Source: an uncultured Candidatus Saccharibacteria bacterium (GTDB lineage Bacteria > Patescibacteriota > Minisyncoccia > Phycocordibacterales > Phycocordibacteraceae). From it: a stretch of DNA of 64,000 bases. Below, in pieces: positions 27,819 through 36,842 of the stretch (the stretch's first letter is position 1; the number at the start of each line of letters is the position of its first letter). The position numbers and the translations under genes were made by a program. The notes beneath the pieces were generated by a model. The model was not told the origin of the DNA and ran no database searches. It worked only from the letters and a program-made list of their open reading frames with translations. The stretch covers positions 18,994 to 82,993 of the forward strand of contig CAZJKG010000004.1 of the NCBI GenBank assembly GCA_964546795.1, read 5' to 3'.

Positions 27819-28739
27819 ATGAAGAAATGGTTGCTATCCGGACTTGGAATCGGGGTTCTTATTGTCGGAGGATTTTTCATCTTACATTCGTATGGGTATG
27901 ACGAAAAGCAGATCATCGCAGTGGCAGATTATAAAGATGCGGAATATGTCATAGACGGCCGGCGCGTACAGCTCGAGGATGGAGTTGCCGAAACCGACGC
28001 TGCCCCCGGCTCGGCATCCAAGGTCATCACGCGCTATTTCGGTAACGAAGTGGTAACCGATCTTGATGATGACGGTCGGGAGGATATTGTCTTCCTACTT
28101 TCACAAGAGACCGGCGGGAGCGGCATCTTTTATTATGTAGTCGCAGCACTCAACACCGAGCGAGGATATGCAGGGTCCGAAGGAATCTTCCTCGGCGACC
28201 GTATCGCGCCGCAGACCACCGAGCTGAGCCAAAACCCGAACCACCAGAACGTCATTATCGTTAACTATGCGGAACGCGCACTCGGAGAACCTATGACTGC
28301 GCGCCCTTCCATCGGGAAAAGCATATGGCTCAAGCTTGATCCTCAGATGATGCAATTTGGCGAAGTGGCACAGAACTTTGAAGGAGAAGCGGACCCTTCT
28401 CGCATGACTCTCGGTATGAAGACATGGGATTGGATACAGACCATGTATAATAACGACACGACCGTCACACCGCTCGCGGTAAAAAAGTTCACTCTCACGT
28501 TTAAGGACGGACAAACCTTCTCTGCGACAACGGATTGCAATGGCGTAGGCGGCGACTATGCAGTGAATGGTAATGCAATTATCTTTACCAACATGTTATC
28601 GACGCTTATGTACTGCATTGACTCACAAGAACAAGATTATACAAAAATGTTGAATCAGGTCCAGAGTTATCAGTTCACCTCAAAAGGCGAGCTCATTTTT
28701 GATTTGAAAATGGATAGTGGCTCAATGATTTTCAGATAA
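27819..28739 (+). CDS. Membrane-anchored META-domain protein
   Basis: C-terminal TTDCNGVGGDY...STLMYC motif; N-terminal TM; GGSG-containing middle domain. Confidence 0.75.
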   Translation: MKKWLLSGLGIGVLIVGGFFILHSYGYDEKQIIAVADYKDAEYVIDGRRVQLEDGVAETDAAPGSASKVITRYFGNEVVTDLDDDGREDIVFLLSQETGGSGIFYYVVAALNTERGYAGSEGIFLGDRIAPQTTELSQNPNHQNVIIVNYAERALGEPMTARPSIGKSIWLKLDPQMMQFGEVAQNFEGEADPSRMTLGMKTWDWIQTMYNNDTTVTPLAVKKFTLTFKDGQTFSATTDCNGVGGDYAVNGNAIIFTNMLSTLMYCIDSQEQDYTKMLNQVQSYQFTSKGELIFDLKMDSGSMIFR

Positions 28740-28775
28740 GAAGGTTCCCGCGAGGAGATACTGTATTCTTGATAC

Positions 28776-29012
28776 ATGTATTTTGTATATATAATGGAGT
28801 GCAAGGATGGCTCTCTCTATACCGGCATAACAACGAACATAAAGCGCCGCTTCGCAGAACATAAGAGTGGGATTGGAGGCCATTACACAAGATCGAAAGA
28901 GGTCATGAAGGTCGTATATACGGAACAATATCCTGACAGATCATCGGCCTCAAAAAGAGAATCAGAAATCAAAAGTTGGCGTCGCGAAAAAAAGTTAGGT
29001 TTATTCAAATAA
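28776..29012 (+). CDS. Small GIY-YIG nuclease (UPF0213-like)
   Basis: YFVYIMEC.DGSLYTGIT...RRFAEH...ASKRESEIK. Confidence 0.9.
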   Translation: MYFVYIMECKDGSLYTGITTNIKRRFAEHKSGIGGHYTRSKEVMKVVYTEQYPDRSSASKRESEIKSWRREKKLGLFK

Positions 29013-29077
29013 GATTCCACCTTCGTACCACGCGCGATCAGATAGTCAAATCATCCTCGTATTGTATACTCTTTGCA

Positions 29078-29566
29078 ATGTCTGAATCCGAAATCTTTGA
29101 GACGCTATTCAAAGTCGCGCGGTCGGCTAATTCTGAACGTGGTGCCGTTGCTGCGTGTTTGGTTCGCAACGGAGTCATTCTTGTGATTAAAGCAAGTATA
29201 GATAATCCGAACCGGCACGCAGAAGATCTCTTGCTTGAGGAGATTCAGCAAAAAGGGATGCCTATTGGGAGTGGGGATATTTTATATTCAACAATTCAAC
29301 CCTGCGGCGAGAGAACTCCGGGTGGTGGTGGGGAGATGTTTGGAGATTGTGCGACGAAAATAATCAACTCCCCTATCAAGCGTGTCGTCTACGCAATGCC
29401 CGACATGCACTATTCTGTGAAGGTAAACGAGAGATTTGCGGCGGCAGGGATTACGGCTAGTCCAGTTAACGATTCCGTTCTTACCGAAAAGTCGCGCAGA
29501 ATCTTTAATGACACGATGTTAGATACTGAGTACATCAAGCAAAAAGGAAATCGGGCATTTTTGTAA
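29078..29566 (+). CDS. Zn-dependent cytidine/nucleoside deaminase-like protein
   Basis: VAACLV, HAE, STIQPC...DC, IKRVVY. Confidence 0.7.
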   Translation: MSESEIFETLFKVARSANSERGAVAACLVRNGVILVIKASIDNPNRHAEDLLLEEIQQKGMPIGSGDILYSTIQPCGERTPGGGGEMFGDCATKIINSPIKRVVYAMPDMHYSVKVNERFAAAGITASPVNDSVLTEKSRRIFNDTMLDTEYIKQKGNRAFL

Positions 29567-29607
29567 TTCCTGTTCTAATATCGTACCGTGCAGCCAATCA
29601 ACAATCC

Positions 29608-30201
29608 ATGAAGAAACTTCTCATCTTTGACTTTGACGGAGTAGTGGAAGATTCCTTCGAGCTTAGTTTCAAATTCTTCAAAGAACAATTCGATACTCTC
29701 ACCCACGACGATTATCGCAGTTGGTTTGATGGAAATTTTTACAAAACGATTAAGGAGAAAAATATACCGATTGATATCAATCTCTACTATGAGAACTATG
29801 CAGCAGCACTGAAAGAAAGGATTATCGCGCCAGAAATGAAAAAGGTATTAATCCGGCTCAATAAGATTTTCTCTCTTTCAATCGTATCCTCAAGTCATGA
29901 TGACGCTATAAACGAATATTTGCAGAGAAACAACATTGAAGGACTTTTTGATCAGGTTTGGGGAGTAAACAAACATGCAAGTAAAGTTGAGAAGTTGGAA
30001 GGACTCATCAGTGAGCATTCTATTCCCAAAGAGGATTGTTATTTTATTACTGATACTTTAGGCGATATTCGCGAGTCAAATGAAGTTGGCATTAAGGCCA
30101 TTGCCGTTACTTGGGGCTTCCATCCGAGAGAACGTCTTGAACAAGGGCATCCTGCGGTTATTGTTGATACGCCGCAAGAATTACTGGATTTCCTCTTATA
30201 A
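29608..30201 (+). CDS. HAD-superfamily hydrolase
   Basis: FDFDGV, K, TDTLGD, VTWGF. Confidence 0.88.
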   Translation: MKKLLIFDFDGVVEDSFELSFKFFKEQFDTLTHDDYRSWFDGNFYKTIKEKNIPIDINLYYENYAAALKERIIAPEMKKVLIRLNKIFSLSIVSSSHDDAINEYLQRNNIEGLFDQVWGVNKHASKVEKLEGLISEHSIPKEDCYFITDTLGDIRESNEVGIKAIAVTWGFHPRERLEQGHPAVIVDTPQELLDFLL

Positions 30202-30236
30202 AAATTCCAACATCGCACCATCCAGAGACATCATAA

Positions 30237-31895
30237 CTACTTCTTTCTCTTGCGTGCGATGGCGGCCTGAAGAAAAGCAGTGAACAAGGGATGCGGGGTA
30301 AGAGGGCGGGCCTGAAACTCGGGATGGAATTGTGTCCCAAGCATGAAGGGATGCATAGAGCGCGGAAGCTCGGCTATTTCCATCAGTACGCCATCGGGGC
30401 TCGTGCCGGAGAAAACGAAGCCGGCGGTCTCGAGCGGCTTCACGTAGGCGGGATTGATTTCATAGCGGTGGCGGTGACGCTCTTCCACAAGCTCTTTTTT
30501 GTATGCGGCGCGCGCCATAGTACCCTTTTTGAGGTAGCAGGGATAGACGCCAAGACGCATCGTGCCGCCGTATTTGTTATCGGCGAGATGTTTCTTCTGT
30601 TCCAGCATCACGTCAACCACCGGATCGGCAGTGCTTTTCTTGATCTCGGTCGTGTTCGCGTCCTTCAGCCCGAGTACATGGCGAGCGTATTCGATGACCA
30701 TGAGCTGCATGCCGTAGCAAAGGCCGAAATAAGGAATCTTCTTTTCGCGCGCAAATTGTATCGCCCGTATTTTCCCCTCGGTGCCGGTCTCGCCGAAGCC
30801 GCCCGGGACGATGATGCCATTGAACTTCGCGAGCTTGGCGGCGGCCTTGGCGCCGCCGCGCTCTAGATCCTTTGAATTGACCCAGGCGATATTCGCCCGG
30901 CGTCGGAGCTTGGCGGCGGAGAACTTGATGGCCTCGATGACCGAGAGATACGCGTCGGAAAGTACGAAATCGCCCGTATCGAAATATTTGCCGACGATGG
31001 CGATATTGATTTCCGGTGCTTTCATATTCGTCGCCGCGAGCGAGAATTTCTTCCATGCGGCAAGCGATGCTCTTCGTTTCTCGGGCAGGCGCAGCGCACT
31101 CAAAAGCGCGTCGCCGAGTTTGTCCTTTTCAAAATTGAGCGGCGCTTCGTAGATACTATCTATGTTCGGTGCGGCGATGATGCGATCTTTGCGCACGTTG
31201 CACCAGATGGCAAGCTTTCCTTTGCGTTTCTCATCAATGGGCTCTTTGGAGCGTGCGATGATGAAGTCCGGCTGTACACCATAAGAGTTCAGGTCGCGCA
31301 CCGCCGTCTGGGTGGGCTTCGTTTTCATCTCGCCGATGGTGCCGGGTGTTGGCAGATACGACACCATCACGAAAAGCACGTCTTCCGGACGCTCCATCTT
31401 AAGCACGCGAGCCGCTTCAATAAAAAGCGCGTTCTGAAAGTCGCCTATCGTGCCGCCGATCTCAATAACCGAGATGCGGCTGCCGTTGTATGCGGTCGCG
31501 GCCTCGATACGCCGAAGGATCTCGTCGCGCACATGCGGAATGGCCTCCACACACGTACCGCCGTACCCAAGCGCGCGCTCGCGCGCGATGACCGACTGAT
31601 ATACCATGCCGCTCGTCATGTAGTCCTCAGGCGTGAGGTCGCGCCCCAGAAAACGTTCATAATTTCCCATATCCTGGTCGGTCTCGAGCCCGCTTCGCAG
31701 CACGAACACTTCGCCATGTTCGGTCGGGTTCATCGTGCCTGCATCAACATTCAGGTACGGATCGACCTTCACCAAATTCATGGAATACCCTTTCTGCTGC
31801 AGAAGAAGGCCTATGGAACTGGTCACTACGCCCTTGCCGACGCCGCTCATCACCCCGCCCAACACGAATATATATTTATGACCTTCCTTTGCCAT
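30237..31895 (-). CDS. pyrG: CTP synthase
   Basis: GGVMSGVGKG, DPYLNVDAGTM, KTKPTQ, GLCYGMQ, ERHRHRYE, QFHPE. Confidence 0.97.
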   Translation of the reverse strand: MAKEGHKYIFVLGGVMSGVGKGVVTSSIGLLLQQKGYSMNLVKVDPYLNVDAGTMNPTEHGEVFVLRSGLETDQDMGNYERFLGRDLTPEDYMTSGMVYQSVIARERALGYGGTCVEAIPHVRDEILRRIEAATAYNGSRISVIEIGGTIGDFQNALFIEAARVLKMERPEDVLFVMVSYLPTPGTIGEMKTKPTQTAVRDLNSYGVQPDFIIARSKEPIDEKRKGKLAIWCNVRKDRIIAAPNIDSIYEAPLNFEKDKLGDALLSALRLPEKRRASLAAWKKFSLAATNMKAPEINIAIVGKYFDTGDFVLSDAYLSVIEAIKFSAAKLRRRANIAWVNSKDLERGGAKAAAKLAKFNGIIVPGGFGETGTEGKIRAIQFAREKKIPYFGLCYGMQLMVIEYARHVLGLKDANTTEIKKSTADPVVDVMLEQKKHLADNKYGGTMRLGVYPCYLKKGTMARAAYKKELVEERHRHRYEINPAYVKPLETAGFVFSGTSPDGVLMEIAELPRSMHPFMLGTQFHPEFQARPLTPHPLFTAFLQAAIARKRKK

Positions 31896-31897
31896 AA

Positions 31898-32824
31898 CTA
31901 GACCTTCAGATATCTACGAATGGCAAGCACAGAAGCGACCGCACCAAGCACAATGCCAGAACACATGAGTATGGAGAAAATGAGAGCGAAATGATCAGTG
32001 TAATAATTCGCGACATTGAACCCTCCGAACCACCCCGCCGTTTGCATGCCCGCGTACCACGTCGCCGGCCATAATAGGAGCAGAACGAGAATCGCTGCGG
32101 TAACGCCGGTAATGACACCGGTGATGATGAACGGTCCTTGGATATATGTATTGCTCGCGCCCACAAGCCGCATGACCGCGATCTCGTCCTTGGCGGTATA
32201 AATCGCAAGACGGATAGTCGCGAGCGCAATGAGAATTGAAGCAATCGCAAAGAGAATGACTATCGCAAAACCTATCTCGCGCGTCGCCTGTATCGCAAGA
32301 GCAAGGCGGTCGATGACATCCTTGTTCTGTGCATAGTTGATACGGTCTATGAGAGACGTGCCGCCAGCAGAGAGTGCGGGCGAGGCCTCAAGAAAATGCA
32401 CGATGCTTTCATATTCGGAAGGATTCTTAGCCCGCACGGAGAGCGAAGCATCCAGAGGATTCCCGCCGAGCTCGTTAAGCGCTTGGAGGGTAAGTTGGTC
32501 ATTCGCGTGCCGTTCGCGGAAAGCCGCCAGGGCGTCGGTGGCGGAAGTGTAAATGACGCTCTCCACCTGCGGCAATTTCTCGATTTGATCCTTCACGGCG
32601 AGGATTTGGGGCTCAGTCGCGGCGGTAACAAAGTAGACCGAAACATTCACTTTATCCTTGATAGTGTTCAGCGTGAAGGAAAGGAGGGAGGAAAGAAAGA
32701 TCAAAGAGGCGATGATGCCGAGGGTTACGGTCATGATGAGCACTGTCGCCACTGCGACCGCGCCGCCGCGCATAAAGTTCTTGCCGCCGCCCACGAGCAT
32801 CCGCTTCACAACCATCCAGGTCAT
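31898..32824 (-). CDS. ftsX: Cell division permease FtsX
   Basis: EIAVMRLVGAS, 4 TMs, follows ftsE. Confidence 0.9.
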   Translation of the reverse strand: MTWMVVKRMLVGGGKNFMRGGAVAVATVLIMTVTLGIIASLIFLSSLLSFTLNTIKDKVNVSVYFVTAATEPQILAVKDQIEKLPQVESVIYTSATDALAAFRERHANDQLTLQALNELGGNPLDASLSVRAKNPSEYESIVHFLEASPALSAGGTSLIDRINYAQNKDVIDRLALAIQATREIGFAIVILFAIASILIALATIRLAIYTAKDEIAVMRLVGASNTYIQGPFIITGVITGVTAAILVLLLLWPATWYAGMQTAGWFGGFNVANYYTDHFALIFSILMCSGIVLGAVASVLAIRRYLKV

Positions 32825-32918
32825 AGGTCTATTATAGCAGTCGCCTCAATTTTTTGGCAGGAGGAAACCAGAAAATTATCGGCATCTAACGAAAACATAG
32901 CCGCTACGCTCGTTGTTT

Positions 32919-33596
32919 TCATAAGATATACTTCCCGCCCGCATCGTCGCGCACCATCCTCCCGCGGTCTATGGTGATGACACGCTTGCCGATGGCGTCG
33001 ACCACATCCTTATTGTGCGTCGTGATGACAATGGTCGTGCCAAGCTGATTTATTTTCTTCAGTATTTCAACGACCTCATAGGCATTTATGGGATCGAGAT
33101 TGCCGGTCGGCTCATCCGCAACGATGAGCTCCGGCTGGTTGATGATTGCGCGGCCGATGGCGATGCGCTGCTTCTCGCCTCCCGAGAGCTGATCGGGAAA
33201 ATGCGTCGCCTTATCGGCGAGATTCACCAGTTCAAGGATATGCGGTACGTCAGTCGCTATCTCCTCGTCCGAGCGGCCGGCGGCTTCCATCGCAAAAGCG
33301 ATGTTCTCATAGGCGGTCTTGTTGGGGATGAGACGGAAATCCTGAAATACCATGCCGATCTTTCGGCGATAGTAATGCAGCGCCGAGCTCGGCAGGTCGT
33401 TTACATCTATGGATTCAAAAAAAACGTTGCCGTCGGTCGGCTTTTCTTCAACAAGGAGGAGTTTCAGAAGCGTTGTCTTGCCCGCGCCCGAGTGGCCGAC
33501 GACGGAGACGAATTCTTTTGGCGCGACGGAGAGGGTAATTCCCTCAAGTGCTACCGTATCCCCGTATCGCTTCGTCACCTTGTCGAAATAGATCAT
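32919..33596 (-). CDS. ftsE: Cell division ATPase FtsE
   Basis: [32 protein letters not shown]. Confidence 0.93.
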   Translation of the reverse strand: MIYFDKVTKRYGDTVALEGITLSVAPKEFVSVVGHSGAGKTTLLKLLLVEEKPTDGNVFFESIDVNDLPSSALHYYRRKIGMVFQDFRLIPNKTAYENIAFAMEAAGRSDEEIATDVPHILELVNLADKATHFPDQLSGGEKQRIAIGRAIINQPELIVADEPTGNLDPINAYEVVEILKKINQLGTTIVITTHNKDVVDAIGKRVITIDRGRMVRDDAGGKYIL

Positions 33597-33608
33597 GTGT
33601 TCCGCCTA

Positions 33609-33829
33609 TTATACCCTATCCTTGTTCAAAATCTCAACCATGCTCCGCAAGCGGTAGGTATTCCCATGGCTTAAAAGGCCGAGATAGGATTGAATTGTCT
33701 CTTTTTTGCCATTCACTTCTCTTATTCTCTTGAACATCCTGTGTTTCGTAGCTGTGCGAAGTACGCGATGGCCTGGGAAATGCACCCAACCGAGGAAATC
33801 GACACCGGAAGCGAATGAAGAAAGATACC
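33609..33829 (-). pseudogene. C-terminal fragment of a DGR-type reverse transcriptase
   Basis: GVDFLGWVHFPGHRVLRTATKHRMF...SYLGLLSHGN (RT domain 7/thumb); no YxDD region or N-terminus. Confidence 0.8.
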
Positions 33830-33875
33830 TTATGAGCAAGGACTACCCTTGCTCACTTGCTCATAAAAAGAAATA

Positions 33876-33908
33876 CCGGCTCAAAGATACGAAGTATCTA
33901 GGAGCCGG
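33876..33908 (-). other. Hairpin just downstream of the DGR variable region
   Basis: CCGGCTC-..AGATAC-TTC-GTATCT..-GAGCCGG about 22 nt after the target stop. Confidence 0.55.
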
Positions 33909-33930
33909 CAATTCGAAAAGCGAACAAGGA

Positions 33931-34401
33931 TTAGTTGCGAACGAACACCCGATAGCCCGCGCCCCAGCCGTCGTCGTCGAGCCTCCACGCGAGCACGCCC
34001 CACTCGCGGTAGGCGGCGCGCCAGCGCACGCGCACCACGTACCCCGGAACATAGAACAAGTTGGCATCTCCGTTGTTCAGAAGGTCGCCTTTCTTGCCGT
34101 TCGGTTGTTGCTCGATCATCTGGGCGATGCGTGCGCAAACTTCCGATGCGTTCCACTCGTACCCTTCGGGAAGTTCCATCTTGATCTCGCGATCGTAGGC
34201 GTTCTTCTTCAGGTTGTAGGAGGAGCAGGTTCCGCTATCGAGCTTGTTCACAATACTTGCTTGCGAGAGAATACAGCTTTCGAACTCGTCCGAGACCCAG
34301 AGACCGTCCCGCGTCTTCAGGACTGCGTGCGGATCGAAGGGGCTCGTGAGAGCGGGCAGCGTAATGCTGTCATTCTCGAGCGCGAGGAGAGTTGTTTTCA
34401 T
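33931..34401 (-). CDS. DGR target protein with C-terminal variable region
   Basis: LLNNGDANLFYV..V.V.W......W.V......W..G.RVF.RN* scaffold; variable codons mostly NNC; GGAGG SD. Confidence 0.75.
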   Translation of the reverse strand: MKTTLLALENDSITLPALTSPFDPHAVLKTRDGLWVSDEFESCILSQASIVNKLDSGTCSSYNLKKNAYDREIKMELPEGYEWNASEVCARIAQMIEQQPNGKKGDLLNNGDANLFYVPGYVVRVRWRAAYREWGVLAWRLDDDGWGAGYRVFVRN

Positions 34402-34612
34402 GTGATGCCTCCGTCGATGACAGTTGTGAAATGCTGTTCAAGCTCGCCCGTATTCGGGTTTGCCACAGCGGAGAAAAGCCCAGTATTTGAGCCGCTTTCT
34501 GCTATGGCAAACCACAGATATATCAAAGAACTATCTTTTTAGTGTACACGAGATTTATTTACTGTCAAGTGCCGTAGCATCAATGAAATCATCAAGGGAG
34601 CCGTCGAGGGCC

Positions 34613-34804
34613 TCATTTCGGTGGCCACGGGACGGCGAGCTGGCGACAGATGGCGCGGGCGGTATTTTCCAATAAGTTTGCGTGCCGAGGTACCGATGTC
34701 TGAACGCCAGTAACAAGGTTGCGGTAGATAGAATGCTTCGCACCCTCCCGCAAGAGAATACAGTCGTTTTGAAGGAGGTGTGCGACGAGTTTCGTGCGCC
34801 TCAT
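34613..34804 (-). CDS. hicA: HicA family toxin
   Basis: REGAKHSIY..VPRH...ARAICRQL. Confidence 0.88.
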   Translation of the reverse strand: MRRTKLVAHLLQNDCILLREGAKHSIYRNLVTGVQTSVPRHANLLENTARAICRQLAVPWPPK

Positions 34805-35049
34805 GCAACCACGTGTACTGGAAATGAAATCGACGAGCGCTCAACGTCTCCTTCTACGCCTTTGAAAGACATGATGCGGTTCGTCTCGAGCATGAGTTCG
34901 AGAGCATCTTTTATGTTTATTTTTGCTTCGGCTTTCGTCTTGCCTTCAGAGATGACATTTGGCATCTCTTCGATCCATGTCGTATACCCGCCGCGCACCT
35001 TCTGAAAGACGGCAGTAAAGGTATTTACTTTCTGTGACCCCTTATTCAT
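34801..35049 (-). CDS. hicB: HicB family antitoxin (short)
   Basis: GGY...EMPNVISEGKTKAEAKINIKDAL; 4-nt overlap with hicA. Confidence 0.88.
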   Translation of the reverse strand: MNKGSQKVNTFTAVFQKVRGGYTTWIEEMPNVISEGKTKAEAKINIKDALELMLETNRIMSFKGVEGDVERSSISFPVHVVA

Positions 35050-35059
35050 ACGGTTAATA

Positions 35060-35929
35060 CTATGCGCTCTTGACTACTGCGTCAATGAAGCCGTCCAGAT
35101 CGCCCTCGAGGACCTTATCTGGATTGGAGGATTCGTGGCCCGTACGATGGTCTTTGACCATTTTGTAGGGGTGGAGGACATAGGAGCGGATCTGGCTCCC
35201 CCACTCGTTGGCGGTCGTCGCAGCGATAGAGCGGCCCTTCGCTTCGCTCTGGCGCTGTGCCTCTTCCTTTGTGAATATTTTTGCCTTCAAAAGTTCGATT
35301 GCCCGCTCCCGATTTGCTAGCTGACTGCGTTCGCTTGAGACATGCACTGAAAGATTGGTCGGGACGTGGAGGATGCGCACAGCCGTCTCGCGTTTATTCA
35401 CGTTTTGGCCGCCGGCGCCGCCCGAACGCGCGAATTGTATCTCCAGGTCGTCCGGCTTGAGGTCTACTTTGTCGGTCGCAACCAGGGTCGGCAACACTTC
35501 CACGAGCGCAAAACTCGTCTGACGCTTCGCATTCGCGTTGAAGGGCGATTGGCGCACCAAGCGATGCACACCCGCTTCGTGTTTTAAACGGCCATAGGCA
35601 CCAGCACCAGTTATTTCAAGCATGACGTTACGATACCCGCCCTGATCGTTCTCATTCGCGTGTAGTTCGCGTACGCGCCAACCCTTCTGCGCCGCATATC
35701 CTTCATACATGCGGCGGAGCATGCGTGCGAAATCCTCGGCATCATCCCCGCCTGCGCCCGCGAGGATGGCAAGCGTTGCGTTGCCGGCATCATGCGAATC
35801 GCCGCTACCACCCTCCTTCAGATTCTGATATTCTTGTACGAGTTCCTGTGCTTTGTTCTTGTCCGACCAGAAATCAGGCGATGCCATCATCGCTTCCAGT
35901 TCTGACAGTCGCTTCTCGTTTTCCTTCAT
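35060..35929 (-). CDS. prfB: Peptide chain release factor 2 (shortened N-domain)
   Basis: SPF motif (RQSPFNAN), GGQ (GGAGGQNVN), WGSQIRSYV. Confidence 0.92.
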   Translation of the reverse strand: MKENEKRLSELEAMMASPDFWSDKNKAQELVQEYQNLKEGGSGDSHDAGNATLAILAGAGGDDAEDFARMLRRMYEGYAAQKGWRVRELHANENDQGGYRNVMLEITGAGAYGRLKHEAGVHRLVRQSPFNANAKRQTSFALVEVLPTLVATDKVDLKPDDLEIQFARSGGAGGQNVNKRETAVRILHVPTNLSVHVSSERSQLANRERAIELLKAKIFTKEEAQRQSEAKGRSIAATTANEWGSQIRSYVLHPYKMVKDHRTGHESSNPDKVLEGDLDGFIDAVVKSA

Positions 35930-35930
35930 G

Positions 35931-36003
35931 AGCCGGAGATCGGATTCGGACCGATGGCCTACCCCTTACGAAGGGGTTGCTCTACCAACTGAGCTACTCC
36001 GGC
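35931..36003 (-). tRNA. tRNA-Thr(CGT)
   Basis: GCCGGAG/CTCCGGC, ACCCC-TTCGTAA-GGGGT; T-loop TCCGAAT (atypical C55). Confidence 0.9.
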
Positions 36004-36025
36004 AGGTGAGTATATGAAGAAATTA

Positions 36026-36478
36026 TCATGATTTCTTCTTTCTAGCGAGAAGTTTTCCTTCTTGTGCCCGCTTACTTGGTGCCCGTGATGACCTTCCGTT
36101 TCCCTTATTTGAACCTCCATATGTTGGATTCAACGCATCGCAATTCGGACATACGAGACGGAGATTTTCTTCAGAATTATTACGCCAATTGCCATCAATA
36201 TGGTCAGCGACCAGCGGTACAAGATTTGTCTTTGGGTTAACTCTCGCCCACCCGCAGAGTAGACATCTGTTGTCGAACTTCTCCCGAAGATATTTCTTTA
36301 CCGGTTTCGAAACCAATCCTATAGAACTCAGACCGCTTATATTACCACTTTTCCATCGCTTTATATATTCCCGGTATTGGAATTCATGCTGACAATTATT
36401 ACTGCAATATCTGTAAAATGAGCGAGCAGGTTCTTTGTCGCATACAGGACATTTTGGTCTCGGTTTCTTCGGATTCAT
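36026..36478 (-). CDS. HNH endonuclease with Zn fingers
   Basis: CPVC, YCSNNC, CLLCG, DHIDGNWRNN..NLRLVCPNC. Confidence 0.88.
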   Translation of the reverse strand: MNPKKPRPKCPVCDKEPARSFYRYCSNNCQHEFQYREYIKRWKSGNISGLSSIGLVSKPVKKYLREKFDNRCLLCGWARVNPKTNLVPLVADHIDGNWRNNSEENLRLVCPNCDALNPTYGGSNKGNGRSSRAPSKRAQEGKLLARKKKS

Positions 36479-36563
36479 TCATGCATTATAGCTGAAACGC
36501 AGACCATTTTTGTCATATAACAATGGTCGTATGTTGATAACGAAGTTGACCTACCTTTGATTC

Positions 36564-36824
36564 TGGAGCCGAGAGTCGGGATTGAACCGACGACCTCGTC
36601 CTTCGCTTTTACCTTCTCTCCTTATGCCGCGTAAAGAAGGGCTAGACTGTATCTTTGCCCCTAGGGGGCACCCTTGTCAGTCGTTCGGGCCTTCAAAAAG
36701 AGTGCCACGGTCTTGGCCAGCGGGGCTATTAACCGTTATTCGGGATTCATCCCAGTATTGCTATTAGGATGGGCGGAGTTTGCGACCCACCATGGACGTG
36801 CTCTACCAACTGAGCTATCTCGGC
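36564..36824 (-). tRNA. tRNA-Thr(GGT) split by an intron (exons 36789-36824 and 36564-36603)
   Basis: Joined exons give a 76-nt cloverleaf with CGTCC-AT GGT AA-GGACG and encoded CCA. Confidence 0.9.
36604..36788 (-). ncRNA. Group I intron (185 nt) at tRNA position 36/37
   Basis: Exon ends in U, intron ends in G; P1 GGT^GGG/TCCGCC with U.G; P7 GACTG/CAGTC; S-like AAGATACAGTC. Confidence 0.85.
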
Positions 36825-36842
36825 TTCATGCACCTCTACATA

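Noticed and set aside
33931-34070. Template repeat for the DGR within this window
   Set aside because: No second copy of the VR with AAC codons was seen, so an active DGR is not claimed
34613-35049. hicBA loci (also 59224-59689) as a novel system
   Set aside because: Ordinary HicA plus short HicB pairs of a well-known type
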